DNA of 64,000 bases, taken from Methanomicrobia archaeon (GTDB taxonomy: Archaea; Halobacteriota; Bog-38; Methanoflorentales; Methanoflorentaceae). Of this stretch, positions 15,973 to 25,568 are shown one piece after another. The notes beneath the pieces are model-generated. The model was not told where the DNA came from, searched no databases, and worked only from the letters and a program-made list of their open reading frames with translations. Position 1 is the stretch's first letter. Every line of letters starts with the position of its first letter. The stretch lies in the NCBI GenBank assembly GCA_015661395.1, contig JACWML010000004.1, forward strand, positions 4,910-68,909. Reading direction: 5' to 3'. A program made the position numbers and the translations under genes.

Positions 15973-16896
15973 GTGCTTAGGGGGTCTCTTTTCGTGAATG
16001 AGGTACTGAAGCGCATTTCGCCGTTTAGCATGATGCTCTTCATCATCGCAATCCAGTTGATCGCGCTTCTATTGGCTAACCCGTTTCAAGCATCGGACAT
16101 CAAAGCGTTCAATAATCCACAATCCGTGTTCAATCCGCTCTATTATTTTCTGCTTATTTTGGTTTTCACAGCATTTTTGCTGCTCATCATCAGGCTCGGC
16201 AAACGGTGGGTGATACAAGTTATCATCGGCCTCGTAATCATCTCAACACTTTACTTCGTTTATTCGTCAGTCCTACTCAGTCTTAACAGTGGGTGGCTCA
16301 TCGCGATAGCGGCAACAGCCGTGACCGCTTTTTTCCTGTTCTATTATCCAGAATGGTACGTGATCGATCTCGTTGGGATCTTAATAGGTGCTGGCGCGGC
16401 TGCAATATTTGGAATCTCTTTCGCCGTCCTACCTGCGCTGGTACTCCTAATAGCACTCGCCATCTACGACTTTATCTCAGTATACGAGACTAAACATATG
16501 GTTAGCCTCGCCGAGGGTGTCGTCGATTTAAACCTGCCGGTCTTGTTTGTTCTCCCCCGTAATAGAGGGTATTCTCACGTGAAATGGTCACGGGAAGCTT
16601 CTGAAGCGAGCGGCGAAGAAAAACTAGAGAAGCGCGAAGCGTTTTTTATGGGGCTGGGCGATGCAGTAATCCCGACCGTTTTGGTAATATCTGCAAATAC
16701 GTTCTTGAATGCCCCAATGTTTGGGCTCATTAACGTTCCTGCCTTAGGCGCGGCTATTGGCACACTCGCGGGTTATGTGGGGCTGATGTTGCTAGTTCTT
16801 AAAGGAAAACCGCAAGCGGGCTTGCCGTTCTTGAACTCAGGCGCAATCGTCGGATTGCTTATAGCAAGCTATCTCGTAGGAGTCAAGCCATTCTAG
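15973..16896 (+). CDS. presenilin/signal-peptide-peptidase-like intramembrane aspartyl protease (A22 family)
   Basis: Multi-pass membrane protein with YD (AIYDFISVY), GxGD (GLGDAVIP) and PAL (VPALGA) motifs. The start is uncertain: GTG at 15973, GTG at 15994 or ATG at 16030. Confidence 0.75.
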   Translation: MLRGSLFVNEVLKRISPFSMMLFIIAIQLIALLLANPFQASDIKAFNNPQSVFNPLYYFLLILVFTAFLLLIIRLGKRWVIQVIIGLVIISTLYFVYSSVLLSLNSGWLIAIAATAVTAFFLFYYPEWYVIDLVGILIGAGAAAIFGISFAVLPALVLLIALAIYDFISVYETKHMVSLAEGVVDLNLPVLFVLPRNRGYSHVKWSREASEASGEEKLEKREAFFMGLGDAVIPTVLVISANTFLNAPMFGLINVPALGAAIGTLAGYVGLMLLVLKGKPQAGLPFLNSGAIVGLLIASYLVGVKPF

Positions 16897-16899
16897 CCG

Positions 16900-17868
16900 T
16901 CACGATGTTTCGTCGACCTGCCTTGTCCGGGGAGCGTGGTGTGCGCGAGCTAGATCAATTGAAGCTTTAAGCACCGCTGCAATTCCTTCACCAGATAGTG
17001 TTGAGATCCCGAAAGCTTCGTTAACTGGTTCTGCCGGCCCGAGGTCCATTTTATTTGCTGCGACTATGACGGGAAGGCCGACCTGAGATTTCAGCTCGCG
17101 CAGAAGGTTTAGTTGATCGGACACTTCGTATCCAGAGGTGCCCGAAGGATCAACAATGAACAACACAGCGTCTCCGAGGTTTTTGAGAGCTGAAATCGCC
17201 TGAAGTTCTATGGTGTTTCTCTTCGACACGGGGCGGTCGAGCAGTCCGGGCAAATCGACAATCTGATAACGTCGATCGCAGTACTGTATGTGTCCGACGA
17301 TGATGCCCTTCGTGGTGAATGGGTAAAGTGCGATCTCGGGTTTGGCGCTAGTTACAAAAGCGACGAAACTCGACTTGCCAACATTCGGATATCCCGCAAC
17401 TAATATGGTTGGCTCATCGTCTAGCGCGGGAAGCGCGTTAATCGTGTTTCTGGCGCGATTCAAAAAATCGAGATCTGGCTGGATCTCCTTCATGATGGAA
17501 GCGGTTCGTCCAAACATCTGCTTCCTAACCGCTTTTGCGTCAGATACGCGAGCCATTTTCCCGATTGCGGCCCTAGACAGCTGATGGATTTTTGTCGATG
17601 CCCATGTGACTGAAGCAAGTGATATTCTAAGCTGATCTAGTCCAACGACGATGTCGATTGTCTCCGAGTAGAACGCGCCGATCTCATCGAAGTTCGGAAA
17701 TCGCCTCACGACAGCTCTAAGATTGTCCGCCAGGATGTTTGACGCTGTCAAGATCATCGTCTTCTCTGCCGTCCGCCCTGGCGATTTTCCTGCTCTTGCC
17801 CGGACACTCTTTCTGAATGCTTTGCCCAATAACTCTTCTGCAGTCGGGACAGTCGGAATATTGAACAT
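16900..17868 (-). CDS. NOG1-family GTP-binding protein
   Basis: G1 is GYPNVGKSSF, G3 is DLPGLLDRP and G4 is ANKMD. The N-terminal NOG1-like region and the 322-aa length fit this family. Confidence 0.8.
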   Translation of the reverse strand: MFNIPTVPTAEELLGKAFRKSVRARAGKSPGRTAEKTMILTASNILADNLRAVVRRFPNFDEIGAFYSETIDIVVGLDQLRISLASVTWASTKIHQLSRAAIGKMARVSDAKAVRKQMFGRTASIMKEIQPDLDFLNRARNTINALPALDDEPTILVAGYPNVGKSSFVAFVTSAKPEIALYPFTTKGIIVGHIQYCDRRYQIVDLPGLLDRPVSKRNTIELQAISALKNLGDAVLFIVDPSGTSGYEVSDQLNLLRELKSQVGLPVIVAANKMDLGPAEPVNEAFGISTLSGEGIAAVLKASIDLARAHHAPRTRQVDETS

Positions 17869-17935
17869 TTCGTACTCCTAGACATCGCGAGCTAATAAAA
17901 CTTATATCTCATAATTAATCATACTAATTACAGTA

Positions 17936-18820
17936 ATGGAACTCACGTCCGTGCAAAAGGAGATCTTAAGCACTCTTATCAGCTTATATCGTCGCAAACC
18001 GCGCTCAATCAGAGGAGAAGAGATAGCCGAGATTCTTGGCCGAAATCCAGGCACAATAAGAAATCAAATGCAATCGCTAAAAGCCCTTCAGCTTGTGGAG
18101 GGTGTTCCAGGGCCCAAAGGCGGATACAAAGCCACTAGCGCCGCATACCGGGAACTGGAACTGGACACGATGGCGGAAGAAGCGCACGTTGTTTTGATTA
18201 AAAATAGCGCTGAAGTACGCGATGTTCTCATCGAGGAAATCGACTTTACGACAGTTGCACATCCAGACGTGTGCAGTGCAGCGATCAAGATAATTGGAAA
18301 CATTCGGGAGTTCGACATTGGCGACACTCTTAAGCTCGGTCCGACTCCCGTGAATAATCTAACCATAAAAGGCACGGTTTGCGGCAGAAACGACGCGGAG
18401 AACAAACTCATCGTTTTGGTCTCTGAGATGATATCTCTTCCGAAAGCGCCGGTGAGTGAGTATGCCTCGAACGATTTAGTCACGATCGATATCGACGCGC
18501 CGCTTCAAGAAGTTGCCAGGACCCTTATCGAGCACAATATTCAAGGAGCTCCGGTAAAACAGGGCAAAAAACTCGTGGGCGTAGTCACGCTAGAGGATTT
18601 AGGAAGAGCCGTTGCAGTTGGAAACCGCGGCTCCGCAGGAGATATTATGAGTCGAGACTTGCTGTCAGTTGAAGACGATAGGCCCGTTTACGAGGCCATC
18701 CGTCTCCTCCAGGAACATCACGTCGGCCGACTGCTGGTAACGAACAACGGTTCTCCAACGGGAGTCATCACGCGAACCGACGTGCTGCGCGAGATTCTCA
18801 ATTCTGTGATGCTTGCGTGA
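17936..18820 (+). CDS. winged-helix plus CBS-pair domain protein (putative regulator)
   Basis: N-terminal wHTH-like segment (EEIAEILGRNPGTIRNQMQSLKALQLVEGVPGPKGGY) and C-terminal tandem CBS motifs (GAPV...LVGVVTLEDL; GRLLV...GVITRTDVL). Confidence 0.7.
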   Translation: MELTSVQKEILSTLISLYRRKPRSIRGEEIAEILGRNPGTIRNQMQSLKALQLVEGVPGPKGGYKATSAAYRELELDTMAEEAHVVLIKNSAEVRDVLIEEIDFTTVAHPDVCSAAIKIIGNIREFDIGDTLKLGPTPVNNLTIKGTVCGRNDAENKLIVLVSEMISLPKAPVSEYASNDLVTIDIDAPLQEVARTLIEHNIQGAPVKQGKKLVGVVTLEDLGRAVAVGNRGSAGDIMSRDLLSVEDDRPVYEAIRLLQEHHVGRLLVTNNGSPTGVITRTDVLREILNSVMLA

Positions 18821-18823
18821 AGC

Positions 18824-19612
18824 TCACACATTTCGCGAGCCGCTTCGTTTCGTAATTTCGATAAGGGGGTGACTGTCACTCTCTAGGATTTGAATATCCG
18901 CTAGCGATTTCAGTCCCACGTTCTGGGCCGTTCGCTCCATACCCAAAAAAACGTCTCGATCCATCGTAATGATATAAGCGTCGGCCTCTTTCAGTTTTAA
19001 GCGCTTAGCTGCGACTGCCCGGTGATGGCCGTCTACCAGCAAGATCTTGTCACGCTTCTGAATAACGATTAATGGTTCAGCCAGACCCTTCTCAAGCTCA
19101 TATTTTCTGCCTTCAAGCTCGTCCGCAAATATCTTTGACTGCGTTGGGACTAGGTCGACAATCCTCACTCGGCCAAAGTGCTCTTCGACTTGGACTTTGT
19201 GAATCGTTCGTAGCGTGCGCATAAGCTTCCACACCTTGTCAGGTGTGGCCCGTTCAATCTGCGATCTAATGACGTCTGTGTTTGATATTATGCCAATTAC
19301 GTGGCTCTTATCATCGATTACGGGCAGCTTCTTGATGTCCGATCTAAACAACACGCGCGCAGCGTCAAACAAGTCCATGTCGCGACGAGCAACGACTAAA
19401 TCGACTGACATGATATCGGCGACTTTGACCGAAGGATCACACAACAAGATGTCGAGTGATGAGACGTATCCAAGTATCTTCTGGTCTTTGACCACCGGAA
19501 ACCCGTCGTGTTTTGTGTTTTTTATAAGACTTATGACGTCTATGACCGTGTCTGAGGCTGAGACGGTAACTACCTCGCGCGTCATGTAATCTTCGACTTT
19601 GAGAGAACTCAT
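18824..19612 (-). CDS. CBS-pair plus ParB/sulfiredoxin-like nuclease domain protein
   Basis: N-terminal CBS pair (DGFPVV...ILGYVSSLDIL; LPVID...IGIISNTDVI). The C-terminal ParB-like motif is LVPTQS...PLIVIQKRDKILLVDGHHRAVAAK. Confidence 0.7.
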   Translation of the reverse strand: MSSLKVEDYMTREVVTVSASDTVIDVISLIKNTKHDGFPVVKDQKILGYVSSLDILLCDPSVKVADIMSVDLVVARRDMDLFDAARVLFRSDIKKLPVIDDKSHVIGIISNTDVIRSQIERATPDKVWKLMRTLRTIHKVQVEEHFGRVRIVDLVPTQSKIFADELEGRKYELEKGLAEPLIVIQKRDKILLVDGHHRAVAAKRLKLKEADAYIITMDRDVFLGMERTAQNVGLKSLADIQILESDSHPLIEITKRSGSRNV

Positions 19613-19734
19613 TTTCTACCCATTACTGCGGTTTACAAGTAAATTAACCTAACTGCGGACCGATAACAGGCATCGTCAGCTTCTGCGACAGTCGTTCGAT
19701 AACGTTAATAAGCTTACGGAGCCATTCTATCTTT

Positions 19735-20763
19735 ATGCCAACAGGCGCGATCGTGTACGATCCTGCATACAGAGACCACGACACAGGGGATCATATCGAA
19801 TCCAAAAGCCGAATAGATGCAATTATGGGACGTATACGAGAAGATGAACAGGCAAGACGTGTTCAGATACTTAAGCCGTTTAAAGCGGCCCCCGACCAAG
19901 TCGGAACCAATCATGACGTCAAATATATCGCGCGCGTGCGCCGACTTGCTGAAGCAGGGGGCGGCTGGCTCGATTTGGATACGTATTGTTCCTCGAGAAG
20001 CTATGAAGTGTCGCTCCTCGCCGTCGGAGGGGTCATTTGTGCTGTTGATGCCGTTATGGCGGACGTGCACAACGTGATGGCGGTTGTCAGGCCTCCTGGC
20101 CATCACGCAGTTTGGAACAAAGCAATGGGATTTTGCATCTTTAACAATGTTGCCTGCGCGGCGAAGTACGCCATCGCAAGTAAAGATATCGAACGGGTCC
20201 TAATCATCGACTGGGATGTGCATCACGGCAACGGAACGCAAGCATCCTTCTACGGTGATTCGCGTGTGTTGTATATGTCGACGCACCAACGACCTTTTTT
20301 TCCAGGAACTGGCGATTTTGAGGAGGCAGGATCGGGAGAAGGCGAGGGTTTCACGGTGAATCTGCCGCTTCCTCCAAGCGTCAATAATGACGGCTTCTTC
20401 TACGCATATGACCGCCTCTTCATTCCAATTGCACAACAGTTCGAACCTCAACTCACCTTCGTGTCGGCTGGACAGGATATACACTACGCGGACCCAATCG
20501 GCGGCATGCTTGCCACCTCGAATGCATTTAGAGGATTGACTGAACGGGTGAAATCTGTGACCCCGCAGGGGCAGGTCATCGCCTGCCTGGAAGGAGGATA
20601 TGATCTCCACGCCCTAGCTGATTCTACGCTCGCAATATGTGGGTCGTTATTTGATTTCCCGACGCAAGTGGAAGAAGACGACGTCAACGGCGGAATATCG
20701 AAGCACGTCAGCGATCGGGTTGAGAGGGCGATCAAGGTACAATCAAAATATTGGGAACTGTGA
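19735..20763 (+). CDS. histone deacetylase family protein (AcuC/HDAC class)
   Basis: RPPGHHA, FCIFNNVA, DWDVHHGNGTQ and the EGGY signature. Confidence 0.88.
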   Translation: MPTGAIVYDPAYRDHDTGDHIESKSRIDAIMGRIREDEQARRVQILKPFKAAPDQVGTNHDVKYIARVRRLAEAGGGWLDLDTYCSSRSYEVSLLAVGGVICAVDAVMADVHNVMAVVRPPGHHAVWNKAMGFCIFNNVACAAKYAIASKDIERVLIIDWDVHHGNGTQASFYGDSRVLYMSTHQRPFFPGTGDFEEAGSGEGEGFTVNLPLPPSVNNDGFFYAYDRLFIPIAQQFEPQLTFVSAGQDIHYADPIGGMLATSNAFRGLTERVKSVTPQGQVIACLEGGYDLHALADSTLAICGSLFDFPTQVEEDDVNGGISKHVSDRVERAIKVQSKYWEL

Positions 20764-20765
20764 TT

Positions 20766-22148
20766 CTAGTCGCAATTGTTGAGCGTCCTGTCAAAGTAAC
20801 GGGCTAGAAAAAGCCGCATCCCGTCGCTATCTAGAAGCTCTTCGTCTTTGAGGATCTGAAACTCCTGTTCCATCGCTCGCAAGATTGCCTTGCTCGAGCG
20901 CACGTTCTTGAACTCGGCTGCTACGTATTCGGGCAGCGTGAGATACTTGCGTCGAAGCTCAACGACGTAGCGGCCACCGTCTATGTATGGTCCTGACAAC
21001 ACGAGAGGGTTGTTGGCGTATTTCTTTTTGAACTTGTTGGCGTGTCGCTTGGAGTCGACAGGCGGGCCCTCGTGTCTTTCCACGGCAGGGAGTTGCGAAA
21101 CTAGCATTTCAAAGAGCAAGACGGCCTCCCCTCTCTCGTAATAAATGTCGCCTCGCAGGGCCGAAAAGCCGTGTCGCACCAGCGCGATCAGCATTCCCTT
21201 GTGAGCTCGCTCGAGCTGCGGGTAAGCGATATCGTCAACGAGATCTGGCAAGTCAAACTTCACGCCAAATACGGTTGTTTTTCGTTTCTTGACAATGGCT
21301 TGGAAGGCGCTAGCGTCGAGGGGCGGAATCTGCTGGGGAAAAAAACACTCTATGCACGGGCTTTCTAGGAAGCTCCTTGCAGAATCAATGAAAACAGAAA
21401 AACTATCTAGCGAGACTGCAGCAGCTACGTTTCGATTTGTGTCTACTGGGTCGATAACCGCCAAAGGGCTGGCGAAACTGTTGCGAGCGTCTTCACTAGT
21501 CAAGCTGATGCAGGTCCCTACTTTCCAATCCTGGACGCTTTTTAGTACATTTACAAAGGAGCCAAATTTGATAACGAGGAGCTCACAGAGGTATCCAGAG
21601 AATCCTTTGGTTCGTAACTCTGCGCCGTATATGCCCGCTCCCTTTAAGAACTGTTTTAACAGCCTGACGTCATCTTGTCTCCCGTCGAGGTGCTCGGCTA
21701 TGAATTGCTGATGAAATGGGGTCCTATCGACTGCTGAGAGTATTTGGCGCGTATTCTTGATTCGGTAGTGCGGCACGACATCAATAGCGAAACCGCCGCA
21801 ACGAGCTTTTACATAAGGATGCTCGGCAAAACCTATGATATAGCCTTCGACCGCAATTTCTTTTCCTATTTCCAATCCGTAGCGTTCAAGGTCTTCGCGC
21901 GAAGTGCTCGCGTCAAATCCGATGAATATGTCGATATCTTGATCGCCCTCTTCGTCGCCCGAAATCCAGGTGTCTCGTGCAGCAGAACCAATTACTTCCA
22001 CGGTCGCACTCAGATTTCTGCTTGCGAGCGCGCTTTCTGCAGCGGTAATCACCTGTTGGGTAACTCGGTGCAGACGCTCACGTTCGCTTCGTGAAGGTCG
22101 TATTCGTTTTAGCACGTTCATTTGCACTCGGGTTAACTCGTTTTTCAT
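20766..22148 (-). CDS. cca: CCA-adding enzyme (archaeal class I tRNA nucleotidyltransferase)
   Basis: 460 aa with the nucleotidyltransferase motif IGSAARDTWISGD...DIDIFIGF. The length and architecture are typical. Confidence 0.9.
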   Translation of the reverse strand: MKNELTRVQMNVLKRIRPSRSERERLHRVTQQVITAAESALASRNLSATVEVIGSAARDTWISGDEEGDQDIDIFIGFDASTSREDLERYGLEIGKEIAVEGYIIGFAEHPYVKARCGGFAIDVVPHYRIKNTRQILSAVDRTPFHQQFIAEHLDGRQDDVRLLKQFLKGAGIYGAELRTKGFSGYLCELLVIKFGSFVNVLKSVQDWKVGTCISLTSEDARNSFASPLAVIDPVDTNRNVAAAVSLDSFSVFIDSARSFLESPCIECFFPQQIPPLDASAFQAIVKKRKTTVFGVKFDLPDLVDDIAYPQLERAHKGMLIALVRHGFSALRGDIYYERGEAVLLFEMLVSQLPAVERHEGPPVDSKRHANKFKKKYANNPLVLSGPYIDGGRYVVELRRKYLTLPEYVAAEFKNVRSSKAILRAMEQEFQILKDEELLDSDGMRLFLARYFDRTLNNCD

Positions 22149-22705
22149 AATTTGAATTCCTCGAGCGTATCATATATGGGGCCGTTAGGAGTCAAGGTGC
22201 TTTTTTTTAGTTGAAAAGAGGAAACGTTGAGACGCCCAACGACAAGTGTTGAGAGGGGGGCCATAAGGGTAGCCAAGTCCTTCATTTCTGAAGGAATTGC
22301 CCGTTTAACTCTTCCTATGGTGATGTGCGGATCAAATCTCTTCTCTGCTGCGCGTACTCCTGTCAGTGATTCGACGATAAGCTGGTGTAATCTTTTTAGA
22401 TCTGCAGAATCGCTCAGGCCTACGTGGATAACTCTCATTTTTCTTATGTTCGGAAAGGCACCGATACCGTTGAGTGTTACACAAAACGGGTGAAATGAGA
22501 CAGACCTTAATGCATCGCGGATAGTTGAGAGTTCAGGAGGCGTGATATTTCCGAGGAAGCTTAAGGTTATGTGCGTCGCAGGTGGATGGACTACTTTCAC
22601 TGATGTGAACTGGTGCATCTCTAGGGTCTCACGCTGAATAGTGAGAAGTCTTTGTCGTATCTCGTTATCGGGGTCAATCGCAATAAATGCTCTAACGCTC
22701 TGCAT
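22145..22705 (-). CDS. thpR: RNA 2',3'-cyclic phosphodiesterase (2H family, ThpR/LigT)
   Basis: Two HxTx motifs (THITLSFLG and PHITIGRV). Its stop overlaps the cca start in ATGA (22145-22148). Confidence 0.82.
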   Translation of the reverse strand: MQSVRAFIAIDPDNEIRQRLLTIQRETLEMHQFTSVKVVHPPATHITLSFLGNITPPELSTIRDALRSVSFHPFCVTLNGIGAFPNIRKMRVIHVGLSDSADLKRLHQLIVESLTGVRAAEKRFDPHITIGRVKRAIPSEMKDLATLMAPLSTLVVGRLNVSSFQLKKSTLTPNGPIYDTLEEFKL

Positions 22706-22764
22706 GCAGCATCATAAATGATTTAATCCTTGACTCTAATAGTGATTCACTCAACAGAGAAAAA

Positions 22765-23826
22765 ATGAACGCCTCGCCTATTAAAAACCCCACGACTGCT
22801 GCCAAGTTCATCGTACTTAAGCCTGCAGGCTACCCCATGAAAAGCGAATTTGAATACCCGGAGGTAAGTGAACCGAGAGTATTCGATTATTACGCAAAAG
22901 AGCAATGGTTTGGCGCTTCGGTAAAGAAGGGGGACTATTTGTTTGATCGCCGGATGTATCCAGATTTTGCTTTTGAAATCATCAACGTCGAGCCTAAGCA
23001 CGCGACGATCGGAAAATCAACCGTAGTTGTCGTAGAAGATGCAGACAATAGCATCCCTCAGGTGGCTGCAGGCATCCTATTTGACGACATCGTCGGACAA
23101 TACGGGGCAAAGAAGAAATGCAAGCTTATCGAAAAATACTTGAACGACCCTGAAAGCTTTGGCAGCTGGGCTCCCAAGAACATTTTGTTCTTTGGGCCGT
23201 CTGGAACTGGAAAAACAATGACGGCGAAGGCGTTATCCAGTCTGACAGATGCGCCGATACTTACCGTTAAATCGACTCAGCTGATAGGCGAGCACGTAGG
23301 TGAAGGGGCCGCGAGGATACATCTCCTTTATGCGCGAGCCAAAGATCTCGCACCGTGTATCTTGTTTTTCGACGAGCTTGACGCAATAGCGCTGGATCGA
23401 AGCTACCAAGAACTCCGGGGTGACGTCCTAGAAATAGTGAATGCCCTACTGACGGAGATGGACGGAATTGAGGATAGGTCCGGAATCTGCACCATAGGGG
23501 CTACCAACCGGTATAGTGCTCTTGATGGTTCTGTGAGAAGTAGATTTGAAGAAGAGATTGAATTCACGCTCCCTAACACAGATGAGCGACTGCAGATTCT
23601 CGTGAACTTCGCAAAAACGTTCCCAATCAAACTGCACGCAACGGTTGATCTTGCAAAAATAGCAAGCAAGACGCAGGGCTTTTCAGGCAGGGATCTAGTT
23701 GAGAAGGTTTTGAAGATTGCACTGCACCAAGCGATAATTGATGAAACTGTAGTAGGGCCGAAGCATTTCGACTACGCTCTTAGCAAGATTCGAGCAGAAT
23801 CTCCTCCGAGCGTACTATTTGGCTGA
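22765..23826 (+). CDS. AAA-family ATPase (single AAA module with an N-terminal substrate-domain-like region)
   Basis: Walker A is GPSGTGKTMTAKAL and Walker B is ILFFDELDA. The second region of homology is GATNRYSALDGSVRSRF. Confidence 0.82.
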   Translation: MNASPIKNPTTAAKFIVLKPAGYPMKSEFEYPEVSEPRVFDYYAKEQWFGASVKKGDYLFDRRMYPDFAFEIINVEPKHATIGKSTVVVVEDADNSIPQVAAGILFDDIVGQYGAKKKCKLIEKYLNDPESFGSWAPKNILFFGPSGTGKTMTAKALSSLTDAPILTVKSTQLIGEHVGEGAARIHLLYARAKDLAPCILFFDELDAIALDRSYQELRGDVLEIVNALLTEMDGIEDRSGICTIGATNRYSALDGSVRSRFEEEIEFTLPNTDERLQILVNFAKTFPIKLHATVDLAKIASKTQGFSGRDLVEKVLKIALHQAIIDETVVGPKHFDYALSKIRAESPPSVLFG

Positions 23827-23872
23827 CATTGAGCAAGTATATTACATATATTTTGGTTGAAGTTGGTGTTCT

Positions 23873-24616
23873 GTGCAACTGAACCTAGATAACTTCGATA
23901 AGTCCATAGTAGTGCCGTTCTCGACTATTGATTGGCCTGGAAAAGCCTCAATGGTAGTGTTTCTCCGCGGCTGCAATTTTAGATGTTGTTACTGCCAAAA
24001 CTACAAGATTTGGGGCGCCGCGCCACCAATTGATGTGGACGGGTTGCTACGTGAAATTCGGCGAAATAGAGATTATATAAGCGCACTAATCTTTTCGGGT
24101 GGCGAACCGACGATGCGTCCGAACTTACTTCAGTCGTTAGCTGAAGAGGCAAAAAAAGAAGGTCTTCTGATAGGAATCGAGACAAATGGTGCATTTCCCG
24201 AGGTCTTGGATACGCTGATCGACGCTCAGTTGCTCGACGCGCTTTTTATTGATCTCAAGGCGCCTCTCTCCGATCCACAAAAATATGCACGAATCATCGG
24301 AATAGGAAACGCGAATGCATATGTCGAGAAGATTACGAAGGCCATTAACATAGGCTGCGCAGCCTTAGCTGCTCACAAGATTCTCGAGTTTGAATTGAGA
24401 ACCACGCTTTTCAAAGGGTTGCTTAGCCAAAACGAAATCACTGAAATGGTCAACCAGTTTGGGGTCCGTTATGCACTTCAGCAGGGCAGAGCTGAGATGT
24501 GCGTTCAAAGAGATCTGACCACCTTAACGCGCGACGAGATCGTTGAACTGGCAGCTCAGTGTGGGCGCCCGCTTAGAATTCGAACGCGTGAGAAAGGCGA
24601 CGAGGACATATGTTGA
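23873..24616 (+). CDS. radical SAM activating enzyme (anaerobic RNR / PFL activase-like)
   Basis: DWPGKASMVVFLRGCNFRCCYCQN (CxxxCxxC) and SGGEPT. GTG start at 23873. Confidence 0.72.
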   Translation: MQLNLDNFDKSIVVPFSTIDWPGKASMVVFLRGCNFRCCYCQNYKIWGAAPPIDVDGLLREIRRNRDYISALIFSGGEPTMRPNLLQSLAEEAKKEGLLIGIETNGAFPEVLDTLIDAQLLDALFIDLKAPLSDPQKYARIIGIGNANAYVEKITKAINIGCAALAAHKILEFELRTTLFKGLLSQNEITEMVNQFGVRYALQQGRAEMCVQRDLTTLTRDEIVELAAQCGRPLRIRTREKGDEDIC

Positions 24617-24644
24617 GCTACCGTTCGAACCTCGAGGGGGCGGT

Positions 24645-25568
24645 TTGTTAATCATCGGGTTCGTAGGATTTCCAGGGTCGGGCAAATCCGAAGCAACAGC
24701 TGTAGCGCAGGCCCACGGGTTTGTGGTCGTCGCTATGGGCGATGCAGTACGATCTTACATGCGCGAGCGGGGAATCAAGTTGAGTGAAAAAAACGTCGGC
24801 GCAATTGCAAACGAACTGCGTGCTCGACATGGGATGGACGCAATAGCTCAAATGTGCATTCCGGCAGTCCGTGCGCCCCCATCTCATAAGGTCGTGATAG
24901 ATGGTCTTAGGGGAGTCGCAGAGGTGGATGCATACAGGAGAGAATTCAATAACAATTTCAAACTGATCGCTATAGCTGCGAGCCCAGAAGTTAGATTCGA
25001 GCGGGTCAAGAGCAGAAGCCGCCCTGATGACGCACTCAGTTTTCAAGGCTTTGAGGAAAAAGACGAACGCGAGTTAGCTTGGGGGCTCGAAGAAGCATTA
25101 AGCACGGCTGACTGCCACATATCGAATGAAGGGAGCCTTGACGAGCTTAAGTTTTCTGTATCTAAGGTGATTGAACGACTCTCGTCGCTTGTCCCAGCGA
25201 CTGGTATCGAGATAAGCGTGCGAACGCCAATCCACGAAACAGAGGTTCAAGATAAAGTCGAACGTGCCATCCGGAACATATTTCCAGACGCAGCCTTGGA
25301 GCGCTCAAACAACTTAATAAGTGGGACCAGTCACACGCTGGAGACATTTGCGAACCTTCTGCGAGCACAGCGAATTCGATCCGCGGCAAACGTAGAGCTC
25401 ATGAAACGAGTGTCATCCAACTCTTTTGAGTTCACGTTAAATAAGCAAGCGGCGCTAGTCGGAAAGGTAAACTTTTGGCGGGATCCGCTTGGCCCGATCT
25501 TCGTGCGCGTCGTCGCGCCTTCGCCTGACAAGGTGATAGAAGCGATCACAGACGAGCGCAATAAATGA
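24645..25568 (+). CDS. fusion of a P-loop nucleotide kinase-like domain (UPF0200/dephospho-CoA-kinase-like) with a COG1931/UPF0201-like RNA-binding domain
   Basis: The P-loop is IIGFVGFPGSGKSE, immediately after an in-frame TTG at 24645. The C-terminal half (IEISVRTPIHETE...FEFTLNKQAALVGKVNF...PLGPIFVRV) resembles the small archaeal UPF0201 proteins. The track's ATG at 24543 would overlap the upstream gene by 74 nt. Confidence 0.6.
   Translation: MLIIGFVGFPGSGKSEATAVAQAHGFVVVAMGDAVRSYMRERGIKLSEKNVGAIANELRARHGMDAIAQMCIPAVRAPPSHKVVIDGLRGVAEVDAYRREFNNNFKLIAIAASPEVRFERVKSRSRPDDALSFQGFEEKDERELAWGLEEALSTADCHISNEGSLDELKFSVSKVIERLSSLVPATGIEISVRTPIHETEVQDKVERAIRNIFPDAALERSNNLISGTSHTLETFANLLRAQRIRSAANVELMKRVSSNSFEFTLNKQAALVGKVNFWRDPLGPIFVRVVAPSPDKVIEAITDERNK

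Noticed and set aside
19625-19658. The direct repeat ACTGCGG, twice and 27 nt apart, in the divergent promoter region between the CBS-ParB gene and the HDAC gene.
   Set aside because: A 7-mer occurring twice within 120 nt is easily explained by chance, and it has no palindromic or extended flanking similarity.
24543-24644. The N-terminal extension of the kinase-like fusion gene given by the ORF track (start at ATG 24543).
   Set aside because: It would overlap the radical SAM gene by 74 nt and add residues (MNWQLSVGARLEFERVRKATRTYVELPFEPRGGG) in front of a P-loop that normally sits at the very N-terminus. An in-frame TTG at 24645 fits better.
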